A stretch of 64,000 bases of DNA, taken from a virus. A program made the position numbers and the translations under genes. A model generated the notes under the pieces. The model saw only the letters and a list, made by a program, of their open reading frames with translations. It did no database searches and was not told the DNA's origin. Where the stretch lies: positions 4,585 through 68,584 of IMG/VR virus record IMGVR_UViG_3300042519_001902; one strand, written 5' to 3'. Positions 18,570 to 27,085 of the stretch are shown here, piece by piece; positions within the stretch are counted from its first letter, which is position 1; each line of letters opens with the position of its first letter.

Positions 18570-19267
18570 TAGGCAGCAGCCGCGATGGTGAGCGAGGCGA
18601 GTACGTCCTTAGCCCGCACCCCGAAGCACGCTTCGGCGGCAGAGGTGTGACCGATCCGTGAACGCAGCGCGCCGTAAGCGAACCACGAACGCAGCGAGAT
18701 CCGCAGCGCGGGGTCAGGGTTAACGCAGCTACCCTGCGCAGCGTTGCGTAGATCCTCGGGCAACGCGGCGATGGCGTTGGGGTTCGGATCGGTGACCTCT
18801 ATGGTCACAGGGAAGCGGTCCTGCAATGCAGGCGGCAGGTCTGCGGGCACCCCGTTCATCGTGCCGATGCACTGGAAATCCTTGTGCGGATAGACGGTCT
18901 CACCCGTGGGCAAGGTCATCATGGCCGAGGGGCCGTCGTCGAGGAGCGACAGGAAGAACGAGAGCGTGTCGCCCGAAGCCTTGTCGATTTCGTTGACCAC
19001 GAGCCGGTCGCCATTGCGCCACGCCTTGAGAGCGGGGCCGTCCTGCCAGATGAACTCGCCACCCTTGGGTACGTAGTGCCCGCGCAACTCGGCGGAGGGC
19101 ATCTCGTCGGTGAGGGTCACGTTGTGGATGCCGCCTGCGCCGCCCGAGTGGGGCTCGTGGATGGCGACGTACGATTTGCCCGTGCCGGGAGGACCGTATT
19201 GCAAGATGCGGCCCGTGTTCTTGATGAGGAGCTTCGTGAGTTCCCAGTTGGTTTTGTTCTTAGCCAT
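18569..19267 (-). CDS. MoxR/CobS-like AAA+ ATPase
   Basis: GPPGTGKS, WQDGP, LVVNEID, GTMN, AL.DRF. Confidence 0.9.
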   Translation of the reverse strand: MAKNKTNWELTKLLIKNTGRILQYGPPGTGKSYVAIHEPHSGGAGGIHNVTLTDEMPSAELRGHYVPKGGEFIWQDGPALKAWRNGDRLVVNEIDKASGDTLSFFLSLLDDGPSAMMTLPTGETVYPHKDFQCIGTMNGVPADLPPALQDRFPVTIEVTDPNPNAIAALPEDLRNAAQGSCVNPDPALRISLRSWFAYGALRSRIGHTSAAEACFGVRAKDVLASLTIAAAA

Positions 19268-19336
19268 ATTATTTTGGATTACCTATCGTTACCTGACGTT
19301 TTGTTTTAGTATCCGTTAACAACGCAACGGAAAAGT

Positions 19337-19447
19337 TTAGTCATCTCTGTCGTCCTCGTCGTCCGACGAGGTGCCAATGAACGGCCACGCGATCGCGATC
19401 ACTAATGCTACGACTACGAATAGGGCGGCGTTGATGATCGGTTTCAT
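19337..19447 (-). CDS. Small membrane peptide with acidic tail
   Basis: Translated by hand: MKPIINAALFVVVALVIAIAWPFIGTSSDDEDDRDD. Confidence 0.5.
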   Translation of the reverse strand: MKPIINAALFVVVALVIAIAWPFIGTSSDDEDDRDD

Positions 19448-19456
19448 GGGCCGGTG

Positions 19457-19846
19457 TTAGTACTCCGAGGGCAGCATCAGGGTGAGTCCGCCGAGCTCGT
19501 TGCGTACGGCCCAGACCGTGATGCCCTCATCGAGGGGGAAGTCGCTGTACTCGATGAACTGTGACGCCAGCGTGTTGTCGTTGCCGTCCTCGGCACTCAA
19601 GCGCCAGCCGTCGTCGCCCTTCACCAGCTTCCAGACTTGGAAGTCTTGCTTACGGAAGACGGGGTCTTGCTTGTACGAGGCAATGGCATCCATCAGCCAG
19701 TAAGCGTCGCAGTTCTCGGCGAGGTAGAGCGTGCCGTCAGTGAGCAGGCAGTTCCTAAATAACGGGGACCACTTGGTCCACGTCTCGGTGCTGGAGAACT
19801 GGCCGAGGTTAGTGCGGATCTCCGAGGGTGTGCTCGTGGTGCTCAT
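19457..19846 (-). CDS. DUF6876-like protein
   Basis: LLTDG..YLAE...AYWL.DAIAS...FQVWKL...Q.IEYSDFPL...LPSEY. Confidence 0.8.
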   Translation of the reverse strand: MSTTSTPSEIRTNLGQFSSTETWTKWSPLFRNCLLTDGTLYLAENCDAYWLMDAIASYKQDPVFRKQDFQVWKLVKGDDGWRLSAEDGNDNTLASQFIEYSDFPLDEGITVWAVRNELGGLTLMLPSEY

Positions 19847-20222
19847 CGCGCACCTCCTGCCAGTGCGAGGGTCACCACGATCTCGGCGGGCTTGGGTGCC
19901 GGTGCCGATACGGGAGTGGAGAGCACGACGATTCGAGCGTCCCCTAGACGCAGGACTTTCGTTAAGTGGGCGAGAGCGTACGTGCCCTCCTTCTCGACCC
20001 AGCGCCAGCGGGCTTTTCTGCCCCGCCATCGGGTCGCCGTCATGCCTGCGACGATCCAGTCACCGTCTATGCGTCCGGTCGGACGGCGATGACGGGGAGG
20101 CGTGCCCGGAATCTTAGGCGGCAGCGGAGCACGCCACCTCGTTTGGCCCTTCTCATGCATGACGAAGTCTCCGTACACACAGGGGAGGTGACCGTAACTC
20201 ATCGCGCACCTCCTGCCAGTGC
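19842..20222. repeat. 25-bp exact direct repeat at two gene junctions (19842-19866, 20198-20222)
   Basis: CTCATCGCGCACCTCCTGCCAGTGC x2. Confidence 0.9.
19843..20202 (-). CDS. Hypothetical protein
   Basis: AGGAGG and ATGA coupling at both ends. Confidence 0.6.
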   Translation of the reverse strand: MSYGHLPCVYGDFVMHEKGQTRWRAPLPPKIPGTPPRHRRPTGRIDGDWIVAGMTATRWRGRKARWRWVEKEGTYALAHLTKVLRLGDARIVVLSTPVSAPAPKPAEIVVTLALAGGAR

Positions 20223-20426
20223 CGACTCTAAGGCGTCGGACATCGTGAAGGTCCACGCGTCGGTCAGGGTGAACTCATCACGGAGGCGAAGCGAGCGACG
20301 GTCCGCCAGGACCGTGCGAGCTGAACTACATGTCGTCATGGCTACGATCTCGTTGTGATCGAGGGTGGCCGTATCGAAAGCGGTCGGATATTTGACCGCG
20401 CTGCTGCTGACTATTGTTTTTGTCAT
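20199..20426 (-). CDS. Hypothetical protein
   Basis: Ends in ALAGGAR, like the next gene. Confidence 0.55.
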   Translation of the reverse strand: MTKTIVSSSAVKYPTAFDTATLDHNEIVAMTTCSSARTVLADRRSLRLRDEFTLTDAWTFTMSDALESALAGGAR

Positions 20427-20537
20427 TGGGTTTATTGACCGACTCGTGATGAGTCGGAAGTTTGTGGCGTGTGCCGAAAGGGATTGCCGACAACGTGACG
20501 CGAACCGTTGGGTCCGGTAGTGGTGGCGGCGTGAAGA

Positions 20538-20687
20538 TCACGGAAAGAAAAAGCCCACAGCGATGTGGGCGCAGAGCAGCGCGAACGCTGCGATTACGAC
20601 GACGCCGAGGATCCGCTCGGTGGTCGTGGTGGAGTGGGGTGGGGTCGCCGCTCTCTTATTTTCGCGGCAGGAAAAGGTAACATTCAT
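20538..20687 (-). CDS. Small membrane protein
   Basis: C-terminal hydrophobic helix; downstream of TTGACT and the operator motif. Confidence 0.4.
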   Translation of the reverse strand: MNVTFSCRENKRAATPPHSTTTTERILGVVVIAAFALLCAHIAVGFFFP

Positions 20688-20745
20688 GATTACTTCATGC
20701 TTAGGATCGTTGTCGGATAACAATCATTAACAAGTCAAGCCCGTG

Positions 20746-20967
20746 TTAATAACACACGGGCATCGACGTCACGATGGGGCGCTCAGCGTTGACGATGCTG
20801 CGGCGCAGCGCGTCGAGATTCGTGATCGGTGCGGACTTCGTGCGGTAGCCTTTGCCTTTGCACGTTGGAGTGCGGAAGGACGTGGTCGCTCTCGACCAGC
20901 CCGTGATGTCGCCGAAGCGGATGGATTTCGGGCGGTCGTGATCTAACGTAGCGTGGTGGTGTTTCAT
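20746..20967 (-). CDS. Small basic early protein
   Basis: MKHHHATL...; ATGA overlap with the upstream ORF. Confidence 0.5.
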   Translation of the reverse strand: MKHHHATLDHDRPKSIRFGDITGWSRATTSFRTPTCKGKGYRTKSAPITNLDALRRSIVNAERPIVTSMPVCY

Positions 20968-21122
20968 GAGGTGATCCATGCGTTGAACGCTAGCGTTCGG
21001 GTTTCTTTCGCTGCCTCGAAGATCGCTGCCGCGTCGGGGCAGCGGATGTTCTTCAGGTAGTGGTTGAATGCAGCGGTCGCTGCCTTGTCGGCTGACTTGT
21101 AGATCGGATACAGTGATTTCAT
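20964..21122 (-). CDS. Small early protein
   Basis: Translated by hand: MKSLYPIYKSADKAATAAFNHYLKNIRCPDAAAIFEAAKETRTLAFNAWITS. Confidence 0.55.
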   Translation of the reverse strand: MKSLYPIYKSADKAATAAFNHYLKNIRCPDAAAIFEAAKETRTLAFNAWITS

Positions 21123-21131
21123 ACGGGCACG

Positions 21132-21173
21132 AAAAAGCCACCGACACGGGATTCATTGTGTACGGTGGCTTTT
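21132..21173. terminator. Bidirectional terminator-like hairpin
   Basis: AAAAAGCCACCG...CGGTGGCTTTT. Confidence 0.7.
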
Positions 21174-21179
21174 ATGGTG

Positions 21180-21945
21180 CCCCCGTTCGTGAGAACGGGA
21201 GCGAACACACGCGGTCGCAGCGGTCGCGTGTGAATGGGGTCGTCGTGCTGCGTTAAACGACGAATGCCCGCACGTTCTTTTAACGTCGGGCGCTTCCTTT
21301 CTCGATGAGGTGTGGCGCGGACAAGATTCTGAGCGTGTGCTGAACTTGTCTGGCGGATCGGCTTTGTTTTTACAGGCAAACCGTCGACCTGTTTTGTTAC
21401 ACCGCATTTGTCAGCGGTGAGTCAGTGTCCCCAGATTCATTTTGAACACGGCGCGAAGTGTCTTTCAGTTGCCAAGTGACGCGGTGAGTCCAAACGAAGT
21501 GCCGAGAGCAGAGTTTCGTTCGTGTTACACCGCGCAATTGCGCCGAGGTGTGTCGAAGTGGGTGAGTGCGAGGCGAAGCGCACGTTGAGCCGATTCCTGC
21601 TTTGCGTGACGGCTTGCGCCGTGACGATGCGGGCGAGGTTTCTTGTTATTCCATAACGCGGAACGCATAGCGTTCTAATCCCAAAACGGTCGCGGACGCT
21701 ATCCTTTGCGGCGAGTTGGCTTTGCGTGCATAGCACGCGGGCGAGTGTGAAGGTCGGAGAAACCTGATCGTGATATCACGCGGGCGATTTGAAACGTGCG
21801 ACCGCATAGCGGTCGCGACCTTCGCCCGCATAGCGGGCGGCGGAAATGGCGTTGCAAATCTGACTTGGCGTGACTGTAAAGAGCGGGCGAGACGCATTGC
21901 GGCGGCTCAAGCTATTCCCCCGCCATGCGGGCGAGGGAATAGGTC
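21180..21945. other. Hairpin-dense non-coding block (structured RNA or DNA)
   Basis: More than 12 consecutive stem-loops, four with identical GC-ATA-GC tops; no credible ORF. Confidence 0.65.
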
Positions 21946-21959
21946 GAAACGTCGCGGCT

Positions 21960-22409
21960 TTACTTGGCGGCGGCGGCGGCTTCCAAGGTCGCGACCTTCG
22001 CCCGGTACTTTTCAAGCAACGCGGCGGCCTTGGCGGCGGTCTTGGCGGCGGCGGCGGTTGTGTCGACTAGTCGACAATTCCACCCCGTCTTGGTCTTGGT
22101 AACTCGTGCGACCGCGACCGTTGACAAGGTCGCAAGGGCGGCCAATGCGGCCTTGTTTTCCACCCTATGAGACGCAAGGGCGGCTTCAAATTCCGCAAGG
22201 GCGGCGGCTTTTGTTTCGCCCGCCGCGACGCGGGCGAGGACGTACGTGCGCTTGCTTGCATTGCCTTGCGCCAATTCGGCGGCGGTGATTTTGTCATGCC
22301 TTGGCAAAACTAGGGCGGCGGTTTTTTCGGGCGACGCTACTTGAGACGCGGTCGCAATAAGGGCGGAGGCTGATTCTGAGGTCATTTTCGGATGGGATGG
22401 ACTTGTCAT
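21960..22409 (-). CDS. Ala/Lys-rich protein, probable first early gene
   Basis: Strong GCC codon periodicity; first ORF of the minus-strand block. Confidence 0.65.
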   Translation of the reverse strand: MTSPSHPKMTSESASALIATASQVASPEKTAALVLPRHDKITAAELAQGNASKRTYVLARVAAGETKAAALAEFEAALASHRVENKAALAALATLSTVAVARVTKTKTGWNCRLVDTTAAAAKTAAKAAALLEKYRAKVATLEAAAAAK

Positions 22410-22499
22410 TTGCGGTCTCGGCGACGTGCCGAGATTCCATAAGTACCTTTCCCGCTAGAAGATAGATAAGCCCTGTTATCGAATCGGGTTTATGTAACA

Positions 22500-22600
22500 C
22501 CCTCGGGGCCACCGACCCTGGCTTTGGGGGGACTGGCTCTCGGGGTCGAGGGGGGTGCCTGGCTTTTTATATATATGGGGGCCGTCTGTACTTTCCAGAG
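22500..22600. other. Possible genome terminus / packaging region
   Basis: G runs flanking TTTTTATATATAT at a strand-switch point. Confidence 0.35.
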
Positions 22601-22690
22601 GTCGAATTCGGTCCCGAAAGTCGTTTTGGCGGTTCCGGGTTGCCCGATATCGGGTGTGATCCTATCGTTTTCGGTAACAACACCCGTTTT

Positions 22691-23014
22691 ATGAACCTCA
22701 AGCTGCTTGGTCTGCGTTTTAACCGTCGTCTGGAGTGGCTATCCCTGGTCAAATACGAGGGTCGGAGGGTCGGATGGGGGTCTGTCCTCGTTTCGGTCGT
22801 CAAAGCGGCTAGGATTGCAACGGTTGGGCGGTCTGTGTGGCGGCAAAGGATGCGGGACTGCGCGGTTTGCCCGATTTACGACCGCCGGAGGCACGCCTGC
22901 CGGAAAGGAACCCTCGGTTGCGGCTGCTGGATGCCCCTCAAGGCGATGTTTCGGGGACCGCAGTGCTGGGGCCGCTCGGTTTTACCGGACGGGAAGTTCG
23001 GTCACCGGGGGTAA
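22691..23014 (+). CDS. Cys-rich Zn-binding protein
   Basis: R...C..CP...C....GCGC.MPLKA....CW. Confidence 0.65.
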   Translation: MNLKLLGLRFNRRLEWLSLVKYEGRRVGWGSVLVSVVKAARIATVGRSVWRQRMRDCAVCPIYDRRRHACRKGTLGCGCWMPLKAMFRGPQCWGRSVLPDGKFGHRG

Positions 23015-23109
23015 AGCGGTGTCGGCAAATCATTCGCCGTATCTGCCGTTTTAATCGCCTTTTGTAAGTTAATCAAAAGCAGCCAGCTATCCCCTCTTAG
23101 GCATTACGG

Positions 23110-23205
23110 CTATTACTTATATATATATATTATATGTATAGTAGGTATAGGTATTAGGGAGCCCCCACCGGTACCGCTGGGGACCGCTGGGGACCGCTGG
23201 GGGCA
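23110..23205. repeat. Candidate replication origin: TA-rich tract plus 3x ACCGCTGGGG
   Basis: (TA)n at 23118-23140; 10-bp tandem repeats at 23173-23202; downstream of the primase-helicase. Confidence 0.55.
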
Positions 23206-23434
23206 GGGGTTGAAACCATTTGCCGTTCGCCGGAATGCCGTTTTATGAGTCATGTCATTATCTGTTAATCGATAACGAAACGGCCAATGCTTTCGGCTAT
23301 CTGCCTCAGTTGCCGTCGACGCAGTCCATACCCTGCCTCCCGGCCCCAAACGCAGTCTTCGGCCTGCCTTGAACAAAAAGACCCAGACCGGGGTTAGCCG
23401 ATCTGGGTCAGGGGGTGCGGAACTGCGGGTTACG

Positions 23435-23830
23435 TCACTTGAACGCTTCGAGGATGGCCGTCTCGGTCTGTACCCGGACACGCCCCAGCTCCTCGCTATG
23501 CCGACGGTTGAACTCCGAGACGGCCCAGTCCGAGAACGCCCGGGAGAACAGCTCACCCATACTTACGCGACCGCAGGTAACGCGGGCAGGCGAGGCGGAT
23601 CCAGCAACGAAACCGTCCAAATCCCGCTCGTTTACGTCGCCAACGGACAAGGCGATGCCCTTTTCACGGTTAGCGGCCCGCAGGACGTGGGCACCTTCGG
23701 AGTGATCGAGGAACCACTTCGAGGGGTCTTCTTTGACGCTCTTCATGAGGGCGACCTCGTGGGGAGCCATGACCGGGTCGGACACCCGACGTTTGAGGAA
23801 TGGGAGGAATGGGAGGAATGTACTGATCAT
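23435..23830 (-). CDS. Hypothetical protein
   Basis: Follows the primase gene; 9-bp repeat gives FLPFLPFL. Confidence 0.55.
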   Translation of the reverse strand: MISTFLPFLPFLKRRVSDPVMAPHEVALMKSVKEDPSKWFLDHSEGAHVLRAANREKGIALSVGDVNERDLDGFVAGSASPARVTCGRVSMGELFSRAFSDWAVSEFNRRHSEELGRVRVQTETAILEAFK

Positions 23831-23840
23831 GATTGGTAGG

Positions 23841-26009
23841 TTAAGCAGCCTGTTTGAGGACGAGTGATGGTTTATGGATGATGAAGATGCGGGTGTCCCC
23901 GTTGATCCTACCCCGCTTCATCCATTCGCAGTCGGTCACTAGAGCCTTCTTGATCGCGGCCCCGAACGAGTTGCGGTTGAACCCCGATGCCAGACACGCG
24001 GTGTCGGTGTCGTTCTTGAGCGACTTCAACAGTTCGGACGTGTTACCCTTCCACGGGTCCGTCGCTTTGAGGGGCGTGAACTTCTCAATCCACATCTCGA
24101 TCATCTCCAAGACCCCGACGGAATCGGAAGCCGAACGGGCTTCATCGAGCAGGACCGAGTCGTGGTAAGACTTCATCCCGAACCGATCATCCCGTTCGAT
24201 GGTGTCGGGGAGTTCCCAATCAAGGAGCCAGCGCAGGAACTGAGGCAGCTCGGCATCGACTGCCGCTTGGTTGGCCGAGACCGATCCGGCTAGGGATGCG
24301 ATATTGTTACCCGTCCGCACGAGGATGACCTTGTCGAGAAGCGACTGGTCTGTGTCGGGCAAGATGCCGAGGGACACGGGGTCTTCGTTCAAGGTGCAGA
24401 CGAATCGGCCCGTAAACGAACACGACCCGCTGTAGCCGAACTTCTTTTCGTAGGGCATCGACGGGTTAGCCACGCACGCTTTAATCAGACCGGAGAACTT
24501 CTGGTAGGCTTTACGGTCCCCGAGGATCGTCGAATCATCGAGGGACCACACCGAGTGGTCGAACATCGAGGAGTTAAACCGACTGCCGTCGACGAAGTAA
24601 CTGCGAGCATCGGCGCAGCCACCGAAGATCGTACCGAGGATTACCCGAGAGAAGAACGTCTTCCCGGTACCGGGAGGACCGGCGATGAACAGGGCGTGAC
24701 CCCGGTCGGGTTTACCCTCGTGGCACAACTGGTAGTAGATTTTGAGCCAAGCGAGGACGACCTCAAGGGTAGTGGCATCGACCCACAGGTTGGTCAGGTA
24801 GTCCGCGATGAACGGAAAGGACTTCCCGAACATGGGGTCGACCTTCTCGGCGCACGGCTTCGCGAGGTTGCACTGAGCGTTGTTGAGGTACTTCTTACCT
24901 TCCCAAGTCACGACCTGCTCGGGCCGATGAGGGAAGGGGATCGCCCCTATGATGCGACGGTGCATCTCCAAGTGGAGGAGAACCTGATCGACCTCGGAGA
25001 GGGCATCGCCTTTGCGCGCAACGTCCGAGAGCAGGTAGACGCCCTTCAAATGCCGCCGCGCATGGGTCGCTTCGCACAGATCCCACGATCCATCGGGCAG
25101 CTCGCGGTAGTAGTTCTTGGCCTCGTCGCAGTACATCTCGGCGATGGCCTTGCCGATCCGGTCTTCCATGTACTTGGAGGTGAACGCACGGCCTAGAACG
25201 TCGGTCCAAGACAGGAACCCGCGATCTCCGGTGAACGCCGTCATACCCGTCTTGCGCACCAAGGCGGCGGTCGGGTTATCGGCGGTCATGTCCCAGAACC
25301 GAACCCCACGAGCGCCTTCCTCGAACTTACCGCTCCAGCGACCGGGGAACTGTCGCTCGACCTCGGCGGCGACGATATCAAGCGGGATCTCCATTTCCTT
25401 ATCGAAGTCCTTCGACTTCTTGAGGACGTCGTTGAGCCACAGATGGAGGGTCTCTTTGCCGATGAAGGCGTCCTTATTGACGGTCCACTTGTCACCGGAG
25501 ACGTAGACCTGATCGGATTGAAAGTACGCTTTCTCGTCGAGGCCCGGGAAGATAACGCTGAGGTTCAACTCACGTTTAGCGCGCTTCAAGAACGCGTCGT
25601 ACGTGTCATCGCCGTAGTGGAAGATCGGTCTCTCGAAACGCCAGATCATGCGGATGCCGCCCCGACGGGTACGATTCCACGCGAAGCACGGGAACCGAGC
25701 GGGGATCCGGGCGAGGCCCAACGGTATCTCGGAGTCCTCGGCCTCGACGTCGTAGTCGGTGATGATGCCGTAGACGAGTTGGGCTTTGTTGGCTGAGCTG
25801 ACGCGCTGCCCGGGGTTTTCTCCTTCTATCAAGGAGAACAATGGCACCATGGAGGTGGGCTCGGACATCCAGCGTTTGTAGCCATCACGATCGTCTTTGA
25901 ACGAAGGTATCGCAGAAGCGGTGTACCATGGCTCGCGGTGTTCGCTGAGGATGACGGGACTGGCGAGGTTCGCGACGGCGAAGGCGCGGAAGGGTGGGGG
26001 TGTGCTCAT
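23841..26009 (-). CDS. Primase-polymerase / SF3 helicase
   Basis: N-terminal TDYD and RT..GGIR; C-terminal GPPGTGKT, FNS, LDD and TLN. Confidence 0.85.
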   Translation of the reverse strand: MSTPPPFRAFAVANLASPVILSEHREPWYTASAIPSFKDDRDGYKRWMSEPTSMVPLFSLIEGENPGQRVSSANKAQLVYGIITDYDVEAEDSEIPLGLARIPARFPCFAWNRTRRGGIRMIWRFERPIFHYGDDTYDAFLKRAKRELNLSVIFPGLDEKAYFQSDQVYVSGDKWTVNKDAFIGKETLHLWLNDVLKKSKDFDKEMEIPLDIVAAEVERQFPGRWSGKFEEGARGVRFWDMTADNPTAALVRKTGMTAFTGDRGFLSWTDVLGRAFTSKYMEDRIGKAIAEMYCDEAKNYYRELPDGSWDLCEATHARRHLKGVYLLSDVARKGDALSEVDQVLLHLEMHRRIIGAIPFPHRPEQVVTWEGKKYLNNAQCNLAKPCAEKVDPMFGKSFPFIADYLTNLWVDATTLEVVLAWLKIYYQLCHEGKPDRGHALFIAGPPGTGKTFFSRVILGTIFGGCADARSYFVDGSRFNSSMFDHSVWSLDDSTILGDRKAYQKFSGLIKACVANPSMPYEKKFGYSGSCSFTGRFVCTLNEDPVSLGILPDTDQSLLDKVILVRTGNNIASLAGSVSANQAAVDAELPQFLRWLLDWELPDTIERDDRFGMKSYHDSVLLDEARSASDSVGVLEMIEMWIEKFTPLKATDPWKGNTSELLKSLKNDTDTACLASGFNRNSFGAAIKKALVTDCEWMKRGRINGDTRIFIIHKPSLVLKQAA

Positions 26010-26013
26010 GGTC

Positions 26014-26394
26014 TCACTTGATGCGAACGGCGGTGACGTGGATTACCCCGACCTTCGGATTCTCCAGGATGCGGAAGGCGGTGTGCGACAGGTCGAACAG
26101 TCGGCCTTTGTCGCGGAGCGCCTTGGACGGACCACGGTCAGTAACCTCGCAGACGACGGAACGCTTGGTGCCGCCCTTCGAGATGTACGTTAACTCGACG
26201 ATGCTCCCGAGCGGGAATGCGTACGTCGCCATGGTTAGGAGGTAGGCGTTGTACGGCTGACCGTTCGCCATTCTCTTGCCGACGTATTCGCGGGCGTAGA
26301 ACGACGCGTCTCCCGTCAGGGCGACGGGTTCTTTCCCGCTCAGCGACAGTGTCGCCGAGACGGCCATTAAGATATTTTTTAGTAGGTTTTTCAT
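26014..26394 (-). CDS. RlpA-like DPBB lytic transglycosylase with signal-like N-terminus
   Basis: G.ASFY....G.RMANG..YN...T.A...PLG..V...VTDRGP....FDLS..AF. Confidence 0.85.
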   Translation of the reverse strand: MKNLLKNILMAVSATLSLSGKEPVALTGDASFYAREYVGKRMANGQPYNAYLLTMATYAFPLGSIVELTYISKGGTKRSVVCEVTDRGPSKALRDKGRLFDLSHTAFRILENPKVGVIHVTAVRIK

Positions 26395-26852
26395 AGCTGG
26401 TCCAAACCCCACGCCATGATGTGCAGCGCGTCGGCGACGTTGTCGTCCGGCACATGCATCGTGGGGTACTTTTTTCTGGCGACGGCAACCATCAGCTCTT
26501 TCGAGGCCCGATGCGTACCCGTCGCGTGTTTCTTTAAGGTGATTACGGGAACGGCCATGTAGGTGACACCAACCTCGTCGCAGCATTTCATGAGAATCGC
26601 TGAGCACGCTCCGAGGACTTGGGCCGCTTGCACGCCGGCATGAGCGCGATGCTCCTCAAACACGACCAAGGCAGGCCGATGCGTTTGAAGCAGCTCGCGG
26701 ATTCCTTTTTCAAAGCGCAGGAACCTCGCGCCGAGTGAGTCGAATCGCCGTGGACTGACGACGATCAAGCCACACGCCACCGGACCGTCGGAAGTACCGA
26801 CCGCCCAGCCCGTGTTTTGGAAAGCCTGATCGAACGCCAGTACGGTTTTCAT
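26391..26852 (-). CDS. RuvC-like Holliday junction resolvase
   Basis: VLAFD...TGWA, VVFEE, LKK.ATG...ASKE.M, DNVADA. Confidence 0.88.
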   Translation of the reverse strand: MKTVLAFDQAFQNTGWAVGTSDGPVACGLIVVSPRRFDSLGARFLRFEKGIRELLQTHRPALVVFEEHRAHAGVQAAQVLGACSAILMKCCDEVGVTYMAVPVITLKKHATGTHRASKELMVAVARKKYPTMHVPDDNVADALHIMAWGLDQL

Positions 26853-27043
26853 CAGTTTAGGTCGAACTGACTTTGCTCGGACTCGTCCGCGAGGATCTCG
26901 GCGGTGCGTTCCTGAGTGACGACGTCCACGTACTTCCAGCCCTCGCTCTCGCGCAGGACGAGGTCGTCGATGGTTGTCGGAGTGGACGGACTCGTCTTGT
27001 CCATGAGGTTGTCGATGAGGTCTCTGACTTGTTCTAGCGTCAT
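26852..27043 (-). CDS. Hypothetical protein
   Basis: TGATG coupling to the RuvC-like gene. Confidence 0.55.
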   Translation of the reverse strand: MTLEQVRDLIDNLMDKTSPSTPTTIDDLVLRESEGWKYVDVVTQERTAEILADESEQSQFDLN

Positions 27044-27085
27044 ATTTTTGTTGGGTTGATGGGTGAGTTATGTTGCAAGATGTTA

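Noticed and set aside
21130-21950. CRISPR or TIGR-like guide array
   Set aside because: No constant-length repeat-spacer units and no Cas or Nop-domain gene; the Cas4-like gene is an ordinary replication-module nuclease
22061-22076. 16-bp perfect palindrome TGTCGACTAGTCGACA
   Set aside because: Single copy inside a CDS with no protelomerase or other supporting context
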